Positions 23,035 through 35,145 of a stretch of DNA of 64,000 nt are shown here, piece after piece (position 1 is the first letter of the stretch; each line of letters opens with the position of its first letter). The notes below the pieces were generated by a model. It was not told where the DNA came from, did no database searches, and saw only the letters and a list, made by a program, of their open reading frames with translations. Made by a program: the position numbers and the translations under genes. This stretch comes from Nageia nagi (Eukaryota > Plantae > Pinophyta): the NCBI GenBank assembly GCA_050084985.1, contig JBITNC010000001.1, positions 107,880,001 to 107,944,000 on the forward strand. The letters run 5' to 3'.

Positions 23035-26000
23035 GTATGGAGTGTGTTGTTGGGGCCATGATTTTTTTTTTTTTTTGGTGGGTGTGGATTAGAGAACAAA
23101 AGGTTTATATTGCTGATGAGAAATTCATGAATTTAGTAGTGGGTCTTGAGTTTTTCTCAAATTCCATTGCAGAGAGGAGATAAAGAGCATGAGCGAAGAA
23201 TGGAAGATGCAGTGGAGGCAATTCTCCCACTTGGATTCTCCAGGGAGCTTATCCTCTCCACCGTGGAACATCTCCTTCAAGTAATGTACATAGAGAGGTT
23301 CATAGGAGAAATGTTGTTAGGTCAATCGACTGAATTGAAATATGGGTTAGGCAAAAATACTTGAGCTCAGGATGTTGTCATTTGTATGGTTGTGTGTAGG
23401 TGTATGGAGGAGAGAAGAGTTGGTTCTTTCTTGAAGAAAATAATTACAAGCTTCTTGTTGATACCATTTTGCAGGGTGTAGAGTCATGCTCTCCTAAGGT
23501 TAGTAATTTTAATCTTTGCAGCTGCTTTTTCTTAAAAGGATCTATAAATGGCCTTTTTATGATTTGTAAGAATTAGAAAATGTTTACAGCTTGTGAATCT
23601 TATCAAGCTTACGATAATCATCAAGCCCAGTTATTTCTTGAAGAATATAATTACAAGCTTCTTGTTGATACCATTTTGCAGGGTGTAGAGTCATGCTCTT
23701 CTGAGGTTAGTAATTTTAATCTTTACAACTACTTTTTCTTAAAAGCAATTATACTTGGCCTTTTTGTGATGTGTAAGAATTGGAAAATGCTTATACCTTG
23801 TGAATGTTATCAAGCTTAGGATACCCATCAAGTACATGGCCTTATTGTGATCTCTAAGAATTGAAAAATGCTTACACCTTGTGAATGTTATCAAGCTTAG
23901 GATACCGATCAAGCTCAGTTCTGTACGATAGAGCTTGCTAACTAACTTAACCAATACATGTTGGGATTTTGGTACATGCATTTTGTATACTGACATTATT
24001 TGTCGAATGTAAGGAAAAAGACATAATTAGATGTGTTGTTCTCTCTGGAATAGTTAGATGTGGAGATGTGTTGTACTCTCTAGTTTAGTGCATGATTTTG
24101 AAAATGAATTTGCAACCTTGAAGTGGGTGTTCTTTTTGGCAATATTCAAATTCACAGAACAAAAGATTTAATAGACTTATCAAGTGAGAGCTTAGAGTGA
24201 ATTGTGAGCCTAGGCTAGGAACATGTTTAAGAGATGGTGGATGTCTTCAAGAGTTAGTGACTTATAGGATGTAGGAGTCTATGTCACTAGTATGTAGGGG
24301 ATGGCCTTCTAATTATCCTTACGCTTCCTTATGCTTCAGTGTAGGTCTCGAGCTACAAAGAATGAAAAATGAAATTACCTTAAGCTTAAGAATGTCAAAA
24401 AACACCATCTTGGGATGAATACATAATTGTGTGTGTAGGCAACATTGTTTGCAAGAAAAATTAATCATACAACAGGGAACAATTGAGACGAAAAATCTAA
24501 TAATCATTTATGGTTACATATGTATTATATTTTTCTTTTGTAAAATGTTTATTTCATTTTCACTTTTATACTTTAGAAATGTGTGTATAAATTAGATGTG
24601 ACATGTGCACATATAGCTTGAGATAAACATTCTGAAAATAACATCAGGGTCTTTGTACCCCTACCCACTTTTCCTAGAAATTTGGGACAATATTAAGCAC
24701 TAGAAGTTAGACAAATCATGACTAGAGTGCAATCTTGCTGTTGTTATGCAACAAACTAGGTTATTCATCAACAGGTTTTACACAATCTCTCATACTCATC
24801 CAAGGATCTCCAAACTATTGTGACTTGTGAGATCGGTATTGTTGATTTTTGCAATATTTTTTTTTACCTACGAAAGACCATTTTGTGTTAATAAGAAAGC
24901 CAAATGGTAACTTGACCGTAAAAGTATAACATAGGTCAATTACTGCTTTTTCTACCAAAGATTGAACTTTGAACCTTATAGCTAGCCAATCCACCAATTT
25001 GGCATTGCACAACAGCTTATGAACATTGTCAAAAAGGTAAACCTAGTGAGGTAGAATAGTTTGAAATATATTTAAGGTAAAGTGAGAAGGTTTCCGTGCT
25101 AATTCAAAGGGTTTTCATACAATGATTGGTGTGCTAGCTACTTTTGTAGCTACAATATTAGTTTTTCCTTCTAGGTTTTACTATAACTATATATAGCAAC
25201 AACAGAGTTTGGAATAGGAGAAGCTTTAACTACAGATAAGTGCTATTTCCTTGCAACAGAATAAATCATTTTATTTTTGGCTCTGCTACACGTTTTTTTG
25301 CTATGCATCCCATTATTGACACATTGCATGTCCCAAAGGTTATATCTATCGCCACGCATTTAGAGCAAAGGCATTAGACCACTTTTTCAAGCCTAATGGA
25401 AACTGAACTACATTATAGTCAACTGTCATGTGATGATCTATTGTTTAGAAAATACTGAGTTTTATAGCTGAACTATCAACCAGAGAATGAAATCTTTCTA
25501 TGGCTGTTGTATGTTTCATATCATCTTTGTATATTTAATTGTCAATCTTTAACTTTTTTCATACAAGCTTGTACTTGAATTATGTGACAGTCATCCATCC
25601 AGATAACTTTTGAAAAAGCTTGAGCTTGGGCAAGAGTTTTTAAAGCTGGTCATTGTGTAGAGAGGAATCTTCACCAAAAAAAAACCTTGATGTTCTTTCT
25701 TTTTCCTTAGAATGCACAAGCCCAAATTCATTTCAAGGCCAGCCTATACTTTATATATTGTCTATAATTACATTTAATGTGACTGTTAACATCAACCATA
25801 TTGTCCTCTGTTTTCATCAAAGTAGTAAAACAAACAAACAAGGTGGAAACTTTGATATGAACAACCAAAATGGAATGAGAATAGTGATGTGGGAAACCTT
25901 ATACTAAGGTCAGTAGCAAATGCCATATAGAAGCAGATTCTTTGGCTCAACATAAAAATTACACTCGTGACAATTCTTCGTTTTGAACTACTCATATCTC

Positions 26001-29000
26001 AGTAGGAGAAATAATGTAGTAGTTGGACATCAGATATTTCAGTAGAAACATTCATGGTCCAAATGCTTACATTTCTTTCAAAGGATGCATGATATCTGCT
26101 TCAGTTGTATGCATAATTTAGTCTTAAAGCTTACATTGTTGACCCTATTATCGTTTCATTTGACAGATTAGTTCCAGAACTAAGAAATATGGGAACACGT
26201 ATCTGAGAGGAGGACACTGCTGAATATCCTTCCTCAAGATTATGCAGTGTTAAAACATTTGTGAAACATCATATACTTTAAAAGGGATGCACAATGTAAA
26301 AATTAAGGAAGTAAATACTATTATTCTTTGTAGTAGCTAGAGATCAACTGACTAGACATGGAAAAAATAGAAAAAACTTTTGTAAATATATGTTCAATGA
26401 TCTATACAAGTTCACAGTATATCAGACTCCGATAGTGGCAAGATTCAATAGATGTTGGGGCCTTTAATAACCCTGAATGACATTGATGTAATGTAATTTG
26501 GGAGGTTAGAATGTGCTCTGTTTTTTGGAGTAGTTCTTCATGAAGGTTCATCGGTTGAAAGGAGGTTGCAACAGATATGAATCTTGAAGAATTACTGTTT
26601 GATTTGTGGCATAAAGGAGGTTACACCATATATGAATATTGGGAACGTCTTTTGGGTGTTCAAAGATAGATCTATACACATAACTTTGGAAACACTCAGA
26701 GTTTTTAGGATAAACATAGGTTTTCTAGCGAATTTGAATCTTCTTTTTAATAGGTAAAAAACCATTTTTTTAGACAGGATCCCAAAACCTATTATACGTG
26801 TGTAGTTCCAAGGATCTATCAATGTAGTCCCGGAGGAAATTTGCTAATTGGAAACAGAAAGAAACAACAGAGAGAAGCATAAACAATCAATCTGATGCAT
26901 CATTGGATCTGAATAAGTTCACTTTTTCCTTGGGCCTTTTAGGGTTTAGCACCCTTGTTTTTTAGTTACAGCAGCTCCCTGGCTGCAAAAGAGCAAATCT
27001 AAAGCAGTTTGTTGAATTTATTGGACTTGTCACCATTTTGAATCCTTTTCTCTATCTCTGACATCCTTGGGATTTGAGGATATCTATTTGAAGAGCTTTG
27101 GGAATATTGGCATCCAAGTAGACGTCTTTATTTTCTAGTTAATGTCCCACATAGCTTAGGCATTTCTGGATGGATCTCTTTAGTTCTTTGCTAGCATTTG
27201 GATTGTTCACAAGGATCATGTCTTTCTGAAAATTGTTCAGTTCGGCTTCATTGTAGCGTGAATTATATTTCCTTTGATCGAATCTTCTTCTAACAACGTC
27301 TTCAATTGGGTTAACAACGCAGGGAGTTGTTTAAATGAATTCTTGATTTTCTGAACCCAGTCCCTCATCGATGATGATGCTCAGGGTGTCCATTCCACCT
27401 ATCATAGTTGCTTTGCAGTCACAGAGTTTTTTTGTGTCACAGAGTTTTTTTTGTGATATGCTGATCTGTATCTGCAAATTAGAGTGAAATCTTCATTTCC
27501 ATCAAGATTAAAACGTCAAGGGGACCGCCTAGCTTCAAAGCTACTTGCAACATCTCTTTTGAATCTTTTCTTTGCATTTAGGATGTGAACCAAAATTTTG
27601 CATGGAGCCCAGCTTCTTCTGGATCAACCCCGCACATCTGGCCTCCACAGGTCAATGATGTTCTCATTCTCGTAGGCAGCATTTGCATCAGATCTATCAA
27701 CTATTTTGGTATTGAATGCACTGCTGCAAGCGGTTTCTGTTTCAGACCTAGATAATTGTCTTAGCCTAAAACAGCTCCGTGAATTGATACAGATTCGAGC
27801 CCTAGTTTCTTCACCTGACAATGTTTCTTCTTCTTGATGGATTCATTTCTCACCAACCATCAACATTGGGTTGTTCATTAGAGCCATTCTCTCTTCTGAT
27901 GCCCCAGCTGGCCTTCACTACTCCTGGTTTGCCATCAGGATAGTCTCCTCCTGGGTCGTGTTTGGCAACCTGCACTCTGGATCCTATGTTGTTGGCGATT
28001 TCAACTAGCGAATTTGCATCTTGTTCAGATATGAAAATATGGAAATATTCTACCAGTTACTACCAAAATACAGATACGTTACATTTTTATATTTCTGGAG
28101 AATCTAATCTTTTCAGACTCCAGAGTCTTCAGACATAGTAGTACTCTTGTTACTAGTTGAATTTATGTAAGATGCATTTTTAACCAAGAGAAAGGAAGTA
28201 AACATCAAGTGACGGTGCTAGGAAAAAAATGTTTATTTCATGCTTAATGCACAAATTCAATATTTAGTGGAAAATTAAAAAAATGCTTCTAATTCTTTCT
28301 TGATGAGACCTTAGGTCGCATATGTCTTATGATATTCCACTCTCTTCATAGTGCATTATGTACAGGTGATTGGTTAATGTATGTGCTGATGTATTGAATG
28401 TAATTTTAGTATTTCAAAAACTGTTGTGCTAAATATTTTTTTAATCCTGAGTCTGAAATCTGACATAATGTTTGACCTCTACTTGCAAGCAGAAGTGACT
28501 GATTGTAGCCAATCACGATAAAAGAATTTACATGACATAACTAACTCTTTTACATGGACTTGTTTAGACAGGTGTTTTGCATCAAGAGACGAACACAAAG
28601 CAGATTGATATTCATGTTCTTGATGTGAAATTCAATGAGAATAAACTTAAGGCAGAGTCGAACACAGAACTTGAAGGTAAAATTAGTCTGAGGGTCAAAA
28701 CATGAAATGCGAGTGAAGATAATAATACCAAGGAACATTAGCCTGAGATAGTTGATTAGTTTCTGAAGAGATTTATATAAAAAAATTTTGATTCATAATC
28801 TCTATTGTTGAAGATAAGTGCTCTTGGAAGTTTCTGCATAAAATCTCATTGCAGAGGAAGCCAATATACCATATAGTTAAAAATATATCTTTCAAGTTTC
28901 AACCTATGATAAAATTTGAGCTTTTACATTAGGCTCAATTCTAATCTAATTCAAGCTTAATTTGCAGGTTGTACGAATAATGTGGATGAAAATTGTACAG

Positions 29001-31596
29001 ACCAAGCATGTGGGCAGAGTGAAGAAGTAGCTCTAACAGAAAACCAGTTGTCTAACAGTTCCATCTCTAATGAAAACTTACCAAGAAAAGATGAAACCAA
29101 TTTTGGGAGTCCAAACGATTGTACAGGTATTGTTCAATTCTTTTTTCGCTTTATATACATGCTCTCATCTTTTTACATTTCGGATTAAATCCATAGGTTA
29201 AAGTGTTTGAGCTGATGGCAAAATTATGCATGTATGGAATTTTCAGAAGGGGATGTAACTTTGACCCACGAAAAGGATATTGGTATTTCCTCTACGTTAG
29301 TTACTGAAGCTGTTACTTGTTCCTCCAACAAAGATGGAACAATTGATGGAGACGTTGATTTGTCATATCATGTGGAGGATGTTTTAACTTCTTTAAGGGC
29401 TAGAATTGCATGTTGGAGAGCCTTAAATGCAGACAAGAAAGCTGAAAATTCCTTGGAACCTTTTATAGGCTGCAAGATGGGTCAGTCTAATAGTTGGAAG
29501 AAAGCAGGCAAGGACGATATCGAAAATCTAAGTCATTTGTGATGAGAAAGGTTTGAAACAGAGAAATAGTACTAACATTTAAGCTTACATGTGCACATTG
29601 TGTCTTCCAGTAAAGAGGAATCTAAGAAAGAGAAAGATGAGGAATATAAGAAAGACAGTAAAGAACATAGAGGTAGGCACTTTCTTTGTTATTATCCAAA
29701 AAATGTTACTTCGTTTTCTCCTTCCTTTGCCAAAATATCTGAATCAGTTGTTGTTTGGGCCACAACTAGAGATTCAAATGACGTGAAAAAGAGACAAGGT
29801 TTTTTTTACAAATGAGTTTTTGTTTGTGATGATCCATATCCATCATTTGTCTGAAAGCATTGAACAAAAGAAGTCTGTATACATTTATAAATCCTTGAAG
29901 GCTATTGTTGTTAATCAACAAATTCTGTTTACCTGATTTCCCAAGTACTTTTTCTTATCCTGCAGATGGGATTCAAGAAGCTCTGCAAGAGAATAGTTTG
30001 TCTGAGAACACATCAACGATTTGTAAACCTGAATGTGATTTGCCATCTACACATGTTCAAACAGGTGAGTGCAATGATAAGCCTGAAATTGTGTTGTGTT
30101 TTTACTATAATAAGATAAACGATACACTACACGACTTATGTTTTATGCAAATTGAAGTCGGTAAGGTTTTTACGAAGAAGGGACCATTTGTGAAAGGAAG
30201 ACAAATTTCTGTTTATCTTTTGTTTAAAATGCTTATCCATCAATCCTGATAAAATCTGCATTATAATTATGTTGGTGTTGGCTGACCAATAATTGTTTAT
30301 AATGTATATAATGTATTATGCAGTTCTTTCTTGCTCTCAAATTACAGCTATCAATTCTTGTCCAGTGAAAACTTTTGTGCAAGAAGCTACTCAGCTTCTG
30401 TCCAAGTCAGGAGTAGATCCAATTTTAAAAAGCTGGGACTATGACATAAGTTCTCAAAATGCATCACTTCCAGTCATACGTCAATTACAAGATGAAAACT
30501 CAACTCGGCCTTTGAAAAGGAAACCATGCTTTGGGTGGTTGTCTGACGATGAAAGTTCTCCAGAAAGGTCTGATATATCAAACACTCATGATGATGTTTT
30601 TTGTAATGATAATATGACAGCAGACACAAGGAGCTGTTTGGAAAGATGTGGCTCAGGAAGAAACAATGAGAATGGAAAACCTACTATGCTTTCAAATGTG
30701 AAACAATTACCAACTATTAACTCAACCAAATATGATTGTAGACAGAATGAGACAGACATAATGAGATCAGTATACCTGCAATCTCAAACATGTGGAAACC
30801 ATTCTAAAGAGATTGGTGAAAAATATATTGGATATAATAAATATGACCATACAAAGTCTGGGATGGCAAAGCAAGACCTTCACATAAAAGTTCCACATGA
30901 AAATGAAACTCACTATAAATCAAGTCATATGTTTCGTGAGTTGCAGATGGATGAGTATCTTGGTGGGTCAGCATTGACTAAGGCTTCATGTAAAATGCAG
31001 TTTCCACATGGGGAACATGTGACATATGGATCTGCTAACCTAAAGAGTAGAAAAAATGGGAAGCCTTTATTGCAAACTTATGACAAGTGTTCTTCCTACC
31101 ACAGGAAGACATCATTACAGTCTCTTGGAGACTATCAAAGAAGTGAATCCAGAAGAAAGGAATGGAATGATGGCCGAACTCAACATGCAGAATGGGGTAG
31201 CTGTGGTAATCCAGAAGAAAAAACCCATGTATGGCATCAAGGGACGAGGATGAGAGAAATTCACAGAAACTTAAATACATCTTTAGTGACAACAGGTACT
31301 CGGCTGATCAAAGATATAGCAAAGGAAGGAATCTGGAAAAAGTACGCAAACTTCCCTTGCGATATGAGAGAAAAGACTTTGGAGATGTAAAGAATGCACA
31401 TAACTTTGACAATGAAATAAGAGAAGTTGGAGACAAAGTTCACTTTTCTAATAATAGTTATGCATCATCACATTTCCCTTTTAGGAGTGACCATGAAGGT
31501 TTGAAACCATATTCAAAGAGCAATGAAGGTTGTCCACAACCTTCAAACCGCTTAAAGAGGAGGAGATGGGATGTGAAGTCTGATCTCTCTAAATGA
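23005..31596 (+). CDS. WIYLD ubiquitin-binding-domain protein (stand-alone type, no SET domain); multi-exon; reading frame broken near the 3' end in this sequence
   Basis: Spliced exons 1-3 give MPMQTRRRKK-RGDKEHERRMEDAVEAILPLGFSRELILSTVEHLLQ-VYGGEKSWFFLEENNYKLLVDTIL, which is the WIYLD signature. The last exon carries KRKPCFGWLSDDE and, in another frame, KRRRWDVK; I recall both motifs from stand-alone plant WIYLD proteins. Confidence 0.85.
23173..23280 (+). CDS. WIYLD gene exon 2
   Basis: ttgcag|AGA...CAA|gtaatg, phase 0-0. Confidence 0.88.
23400..23498 (+). CDS. WIYLD gene exon 3
   Basis: tgtag|GTG TAT GGA...AAG|gttagt, phase 0-0; VYGGEKSWFFLEENNYKLLVDTILQGVESCSPK. Confidence 0.9.
23427..23920 (+). 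repeat. Tandem duplication (~207 bp x2 plus a ~80 bp partial third unit) spanning the exon 3 / intron 3 boundary
   Basis: tttcttgaagaa.ataattacaagcttcttgttgataccattttgcagggtgtagagtcatgctct at 23427 and 23634; ttgtgaat.ttatcaagctta.gata occurs three times. Confidence 0.95.
26480..28020 (-). mobile_element. Intronic, strongly diverged L1 ORF1-like fragment
   Basis: Minus strand remnants DVRDREK..KNG, NRFWDPV and RFKFAR...MCIDLS match the DUF4283 / pre-knuckle pattern. GC is higher than in the surrounding intron. Confidence 0.5.
28568..28676 (+). CDS. WIYLD gene exon 4
   Basis: gtttag|ACA GGT...GAA G|gtaaaa, open frame, phase 0-1, compatible with exons 3 and 5. Confidence 0.7.
28968..29126 (+). 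CDS. WIYLD gene exon 5
   Basis: ttgcag|GT TGT...ACA G|gtattg, phase 1-1; frame of ORF 28982. Confidence 0.8.
29247..29538 (+). CDS. WIYLD gene exon 6 (3' boundary uncertain: 29480, 29507 or 29538)
   Basis: tttcag|AA GGG GAT, phase 1; frame of ORF 29234. Confidence 0.65.
29611..29672 (+). CDS. WIYLD gene candidate exon 7 (K/E-rich)
   Basis: tactaac branch point at 29570, ttccag| acceptor, AGA G|gtaggc donor; KEESKKEKDEEYKKDSKEHR. Confidence 0.5.
29966..30064 (+). CDS. WIYLD gene exon 8
   Basis: Polypyrimidine tract, ctgcag|AT GGG...ACA G|gtgagt, phase 1-1. Confidence 0.8.
30348..31596 (+). CDS. WIYLD gene terminal exon; frame 1 stops at 31390, frame 2 (open from 31210) ends at 31596
   Basis: ttacag|CT ATC phase 1 (alternative acceptor 30324); ORFs 30293-31390 and 31231-31596 overlap. 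Confidence 0.8.
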
Positions 31597-34131
31597 AGAC
31601 TGAATTTCTATTAAGTATCATCTGCTTGTGGGAGGCTAATTGATCTAGACCATTGGTTCATATCAAGTATATTCAAATTTTTTTCACTCTGTATTCTGTA
31701 TAAAGCAATGATTTTCCTTTCAACTGATGAATAATATATTATGGCACTTATTTCAAACATGTCATGAATTTGAACTAATCTGCTGCAACTATATTGACAT
31801 TGCTGCTGAAAAATCAAAATGGGGCTTAATTTCTATCTATTGCAAATTTGCAAGCAATAGAAAACATGATCAACATTTGCTGGCAATGGCCAACACTTTG
31901 ACTGATATAACCTTTTGTTACATTCTGTGCTTTCTGAAATACCCCTGGTTGTCAGAAGTTTCAAATATGATTTGGCTAATGTGTTAATAGCTAAGAAGTA
32001 TCGAGGCATGAAGCTGTTCTTATGGTAAGTTGTCTTTTTTTTATCATATTGCACAATGTTCCTGAACTTTGTATACAATTATATCTTCACCCATTGTTCT
32101 CACACTACAAAAAGAAAACCATTGATATAAAACACATAAACCTCTGACTTTATGACTACTTTGGACGTTCTAGAATTTGTGATTTAATTCCTATCAATAT
32201 GTTTGCTTTCTTTTATTCTCAGAATTGGAGACCAAACAAAACCTATGTGGTGTGTATAATCAGTACAGTCCAGGATTATGGGTTAGTAGTCAACAGGAGG
32301 GAATAAGTATTTTACCATACCTCTTTGAGGAAGAGGTTATTTTGGCTTCTCATACATTGATTTTACTTTTCAACGATTGCATCACACAAAATTGTTACAA
32401 ATATTGGTGTTGAACTAGTAATAGATGGATCCCAATTCATCTTCTGATTAGGATTGGTGTTAGACACATTTTCTTAACTGGTACTTATGAACAGGCTTCA
32501 TTTATTTATCAGAAGAATACAATAAACTATCCATATGAAAAAGGCTTGAAATAGCCTATAGGTAGTGAAGTTTAAGGGGAAGGATGTTTCATCCAACAAT
32601 AAGGTATAAACATAGTAAGGGTGTAATGCTGATCAGTAATTGGTAAAACAATTAGCAAAGAAAATTTAACCATAGCACTGTAACATGGTGATTAAAGGAG
32701 ATTGATTAGATTGTAGTGCAAGTCATGACATATTCCTTCAACTGAAAATCAAATTTGCAGCTAGATGGCCACGTAAGTGTTTTTGTGACAATGCTCATGT
32801 GAAATGGCCATTAAAAGAAACCAAGCAATTCTTAGGATTGCTTTAATATGTGTAGCATGTCAAAATAGGGATTCAACTGCACCAGCTCAAAACATTATCT
32901 TAAGACTCTAAATTATAGTCAAGTGCATACAACCATGATAGTAATCACTCCAACTTTCCACCACGGATCATCCTAAGCATGTTTAGAAAAACATGAAGTT
33001 ACAATGAAAAGTTAATTCTGAATGCTTGTTTTAGAAAGTGGAGTGTGCATGCCTCTAGAGCATTGTCCATTAAATATGCTGTCATTATTATTGTCACTAC
33101 TATTGCTAGGGTATATGTGTTAAATTTAATGTAATCCTGAAACCAAGCTAATTTTTCATAAAAGAAAAGATGGATAATATTATGTATTAATTTATATATC
33201 ATAATATTTATTAGTAAAATAATTTCATACTAATCAAAATTGATTAAAACAATCAGAACAGAAATTTAATTTACCTAAGAAGCATTAAATCACCTATTAT
33301 ATAAACTGTACTGCATATAGAGTAAATTGTATTATAATTATCAAAACCATACTACGGGTTTTAACATTTGTGGATCTCTTGGAAGTTTATGTGTAACATT
33401 AAAATTAAAATTTATTATTAATCTAACAAATTTGAGGGGTTTATTTTAAAGGAGAACTCTTTTTCTGCTCAAACTTTCAATAATCTTCAAAGATTGGAAA
33501 TTATTAACTCAAAAATTGTGGTATGAAAGGGTTTTAGATGAGATAAAAAGGATGATACAACGTTAAAATTCAAATTAAATTGTCGAAGTTCATGTGCGGA
33601 CGGAGTCAAAAACTCAAAAACAAAGCCTAGGGTAAAACTGTACTAGAAATTGCTCCAAATGGTAGATATGGGTTTGAAACTACTTTTGGGGTCGAGGGGC
33701 ACAAACAAAAGTTTTGCCTATTGGTACCAAGATTTGTAGATAATTTTAATATAACCATTAGTAATCAGTATGAAATATTTATATTAAATAAATATTTTTA
33801 ATATAAAAAAATACGGATGGATTAACACATTTGAATGTGAGTCAAATTAACTCAGGGAGGTTAGGAGAAATAAAGGAAAATCAAGTAGGACCAAAAAGTG
33901 TTAAGAGTCTCAAGCCAACAACCAACCAAAAACTAAGTTGTCATCATTACATATAATGGTAATTCATATTATGTGGATGAATTTCACCTTTTGCATGTGG
34001 TGCTACTGGTTGGACAGTATCGGGATAAATTATTCCATCTTTGTTTGCAAATTTATAAAATGACAATTGAAGGAGATATTTGTAGATAAAATAAATGTAA
34101 TTTACAATATAACAATTTGTTATATAAAAAA

Positions 34132-35145
34132 TGTAGATAAATAAAAATGATTTTATCTATTAACTAAGTATAATTATTTGCCTATTAATCGTAAATAGAA
34201 ATATGATTAAATGATATTACAATATGGTAATTTACAATAAATTAGGGCATTTAATATTTAATTGATAAAACATCACAATCTTATATCTAGAATGTACATC
34301 AATTTGAAATAAGAAAGGTGATACTTATGCACTTGTTTGATGAAGATTAACCATTTGAATTTTGTCTTCAAGTCCTTTTTAAAGTGTACTTGAAAATTCA
34401 ATGGTTTTAGGGTGATTAACACTTATTCTTGATTTCGTAAGGAAAGATCAACCTCAATGATCATCAAGCTCTACCTTGTTTGTTAGAAATCAAAATCGAA
34501 ATTGAAATGAAAGATGAACTCAAAACAAACATGAATTTACCTTTACTAACTAAATGAAGGGTCTAGGAGGCTTATGGACCGATACATGCAACCCAGACAA
34601 CTTTTAGAATCACATCAATTGATAGCAACAAGGTTGAGGTTTTAGTATTGTAGCTTGAAACAAGGTCGAGGTTGACCCCATTTAAGGAGTGTTTGGGGGC
34701 TAAAACGAATTATAGGTGTTGTCGAAGGAGTTCATTATCCCTCTCTTATAGTTCAATTTCTCCTATTCTATATATAGATATATATATATTTTCTCAAATA
34801 TTCTCGAATTTGCCTAAATGGTTAACAATGATTTTCTTCATATGTTATCTTTGCAATGATGATCTTCAACAACTTGAAAGCTTGGAAAATAAGGATATCT
34901 TGAGTCTTTTTTATGATAGCACTTGATCGTAGAGAGTTGATAGCTTGACCACCAACAAGCTTGATTCTTTGAAATGCCTTTGAGACTTCTTTTTATACTT
35001 TGTAAAAGAAACAAAAGAGAAGCACATTAGCCAACATTCTAGAAATTAAGGATTTTATTAAAATTGTTGCAATGAATTTTATTCTTTTTAGATACCTAAA
35101 TTATGATTTTAAAATAAATAAAAAATCAAAATTAGGTGTTTACTA
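34132..35145 (-). repeat. 3' LTR of a minus-strand Tat/Ogre-like Gypsy element
   Basis: Ends tgtagataaataaaaatgatttt ... aaaatcaaaattaggtgtttacta form an imperfect terminal inverted repeat and resemble the ends of 57584-58290. Minus-strand PPT aaagggggcaaa at 35146-35157. Confidence 0.65.

Noticed and set aside
23427-23920. CRISPR-like or other spacer array (also 60920-61039)
   Set aside because: Contiguous tandem units with no unique spacers, in eukaryotic context.
31218-31224. A_AAA_AAC -1 ribosomal frameshift heptamer
   Set aside because: The heptamer is not in register with the incoming reading frame (GAA AAA ACC), so canonical -1 frameshifting does not fit.
23005-31596. Calling the gene SUVR1/2/4
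   Set aside because: No pre-SET or SET motifs in any exon or downstream; the motifs fit the SET-less WIYLD class.
31611-33400. Short ORFs downstream of the WIYLD gene as a second gene
   Set aside because: No domain similarity or consistent exon chain; likely 3' UTR and intergenic DNA.
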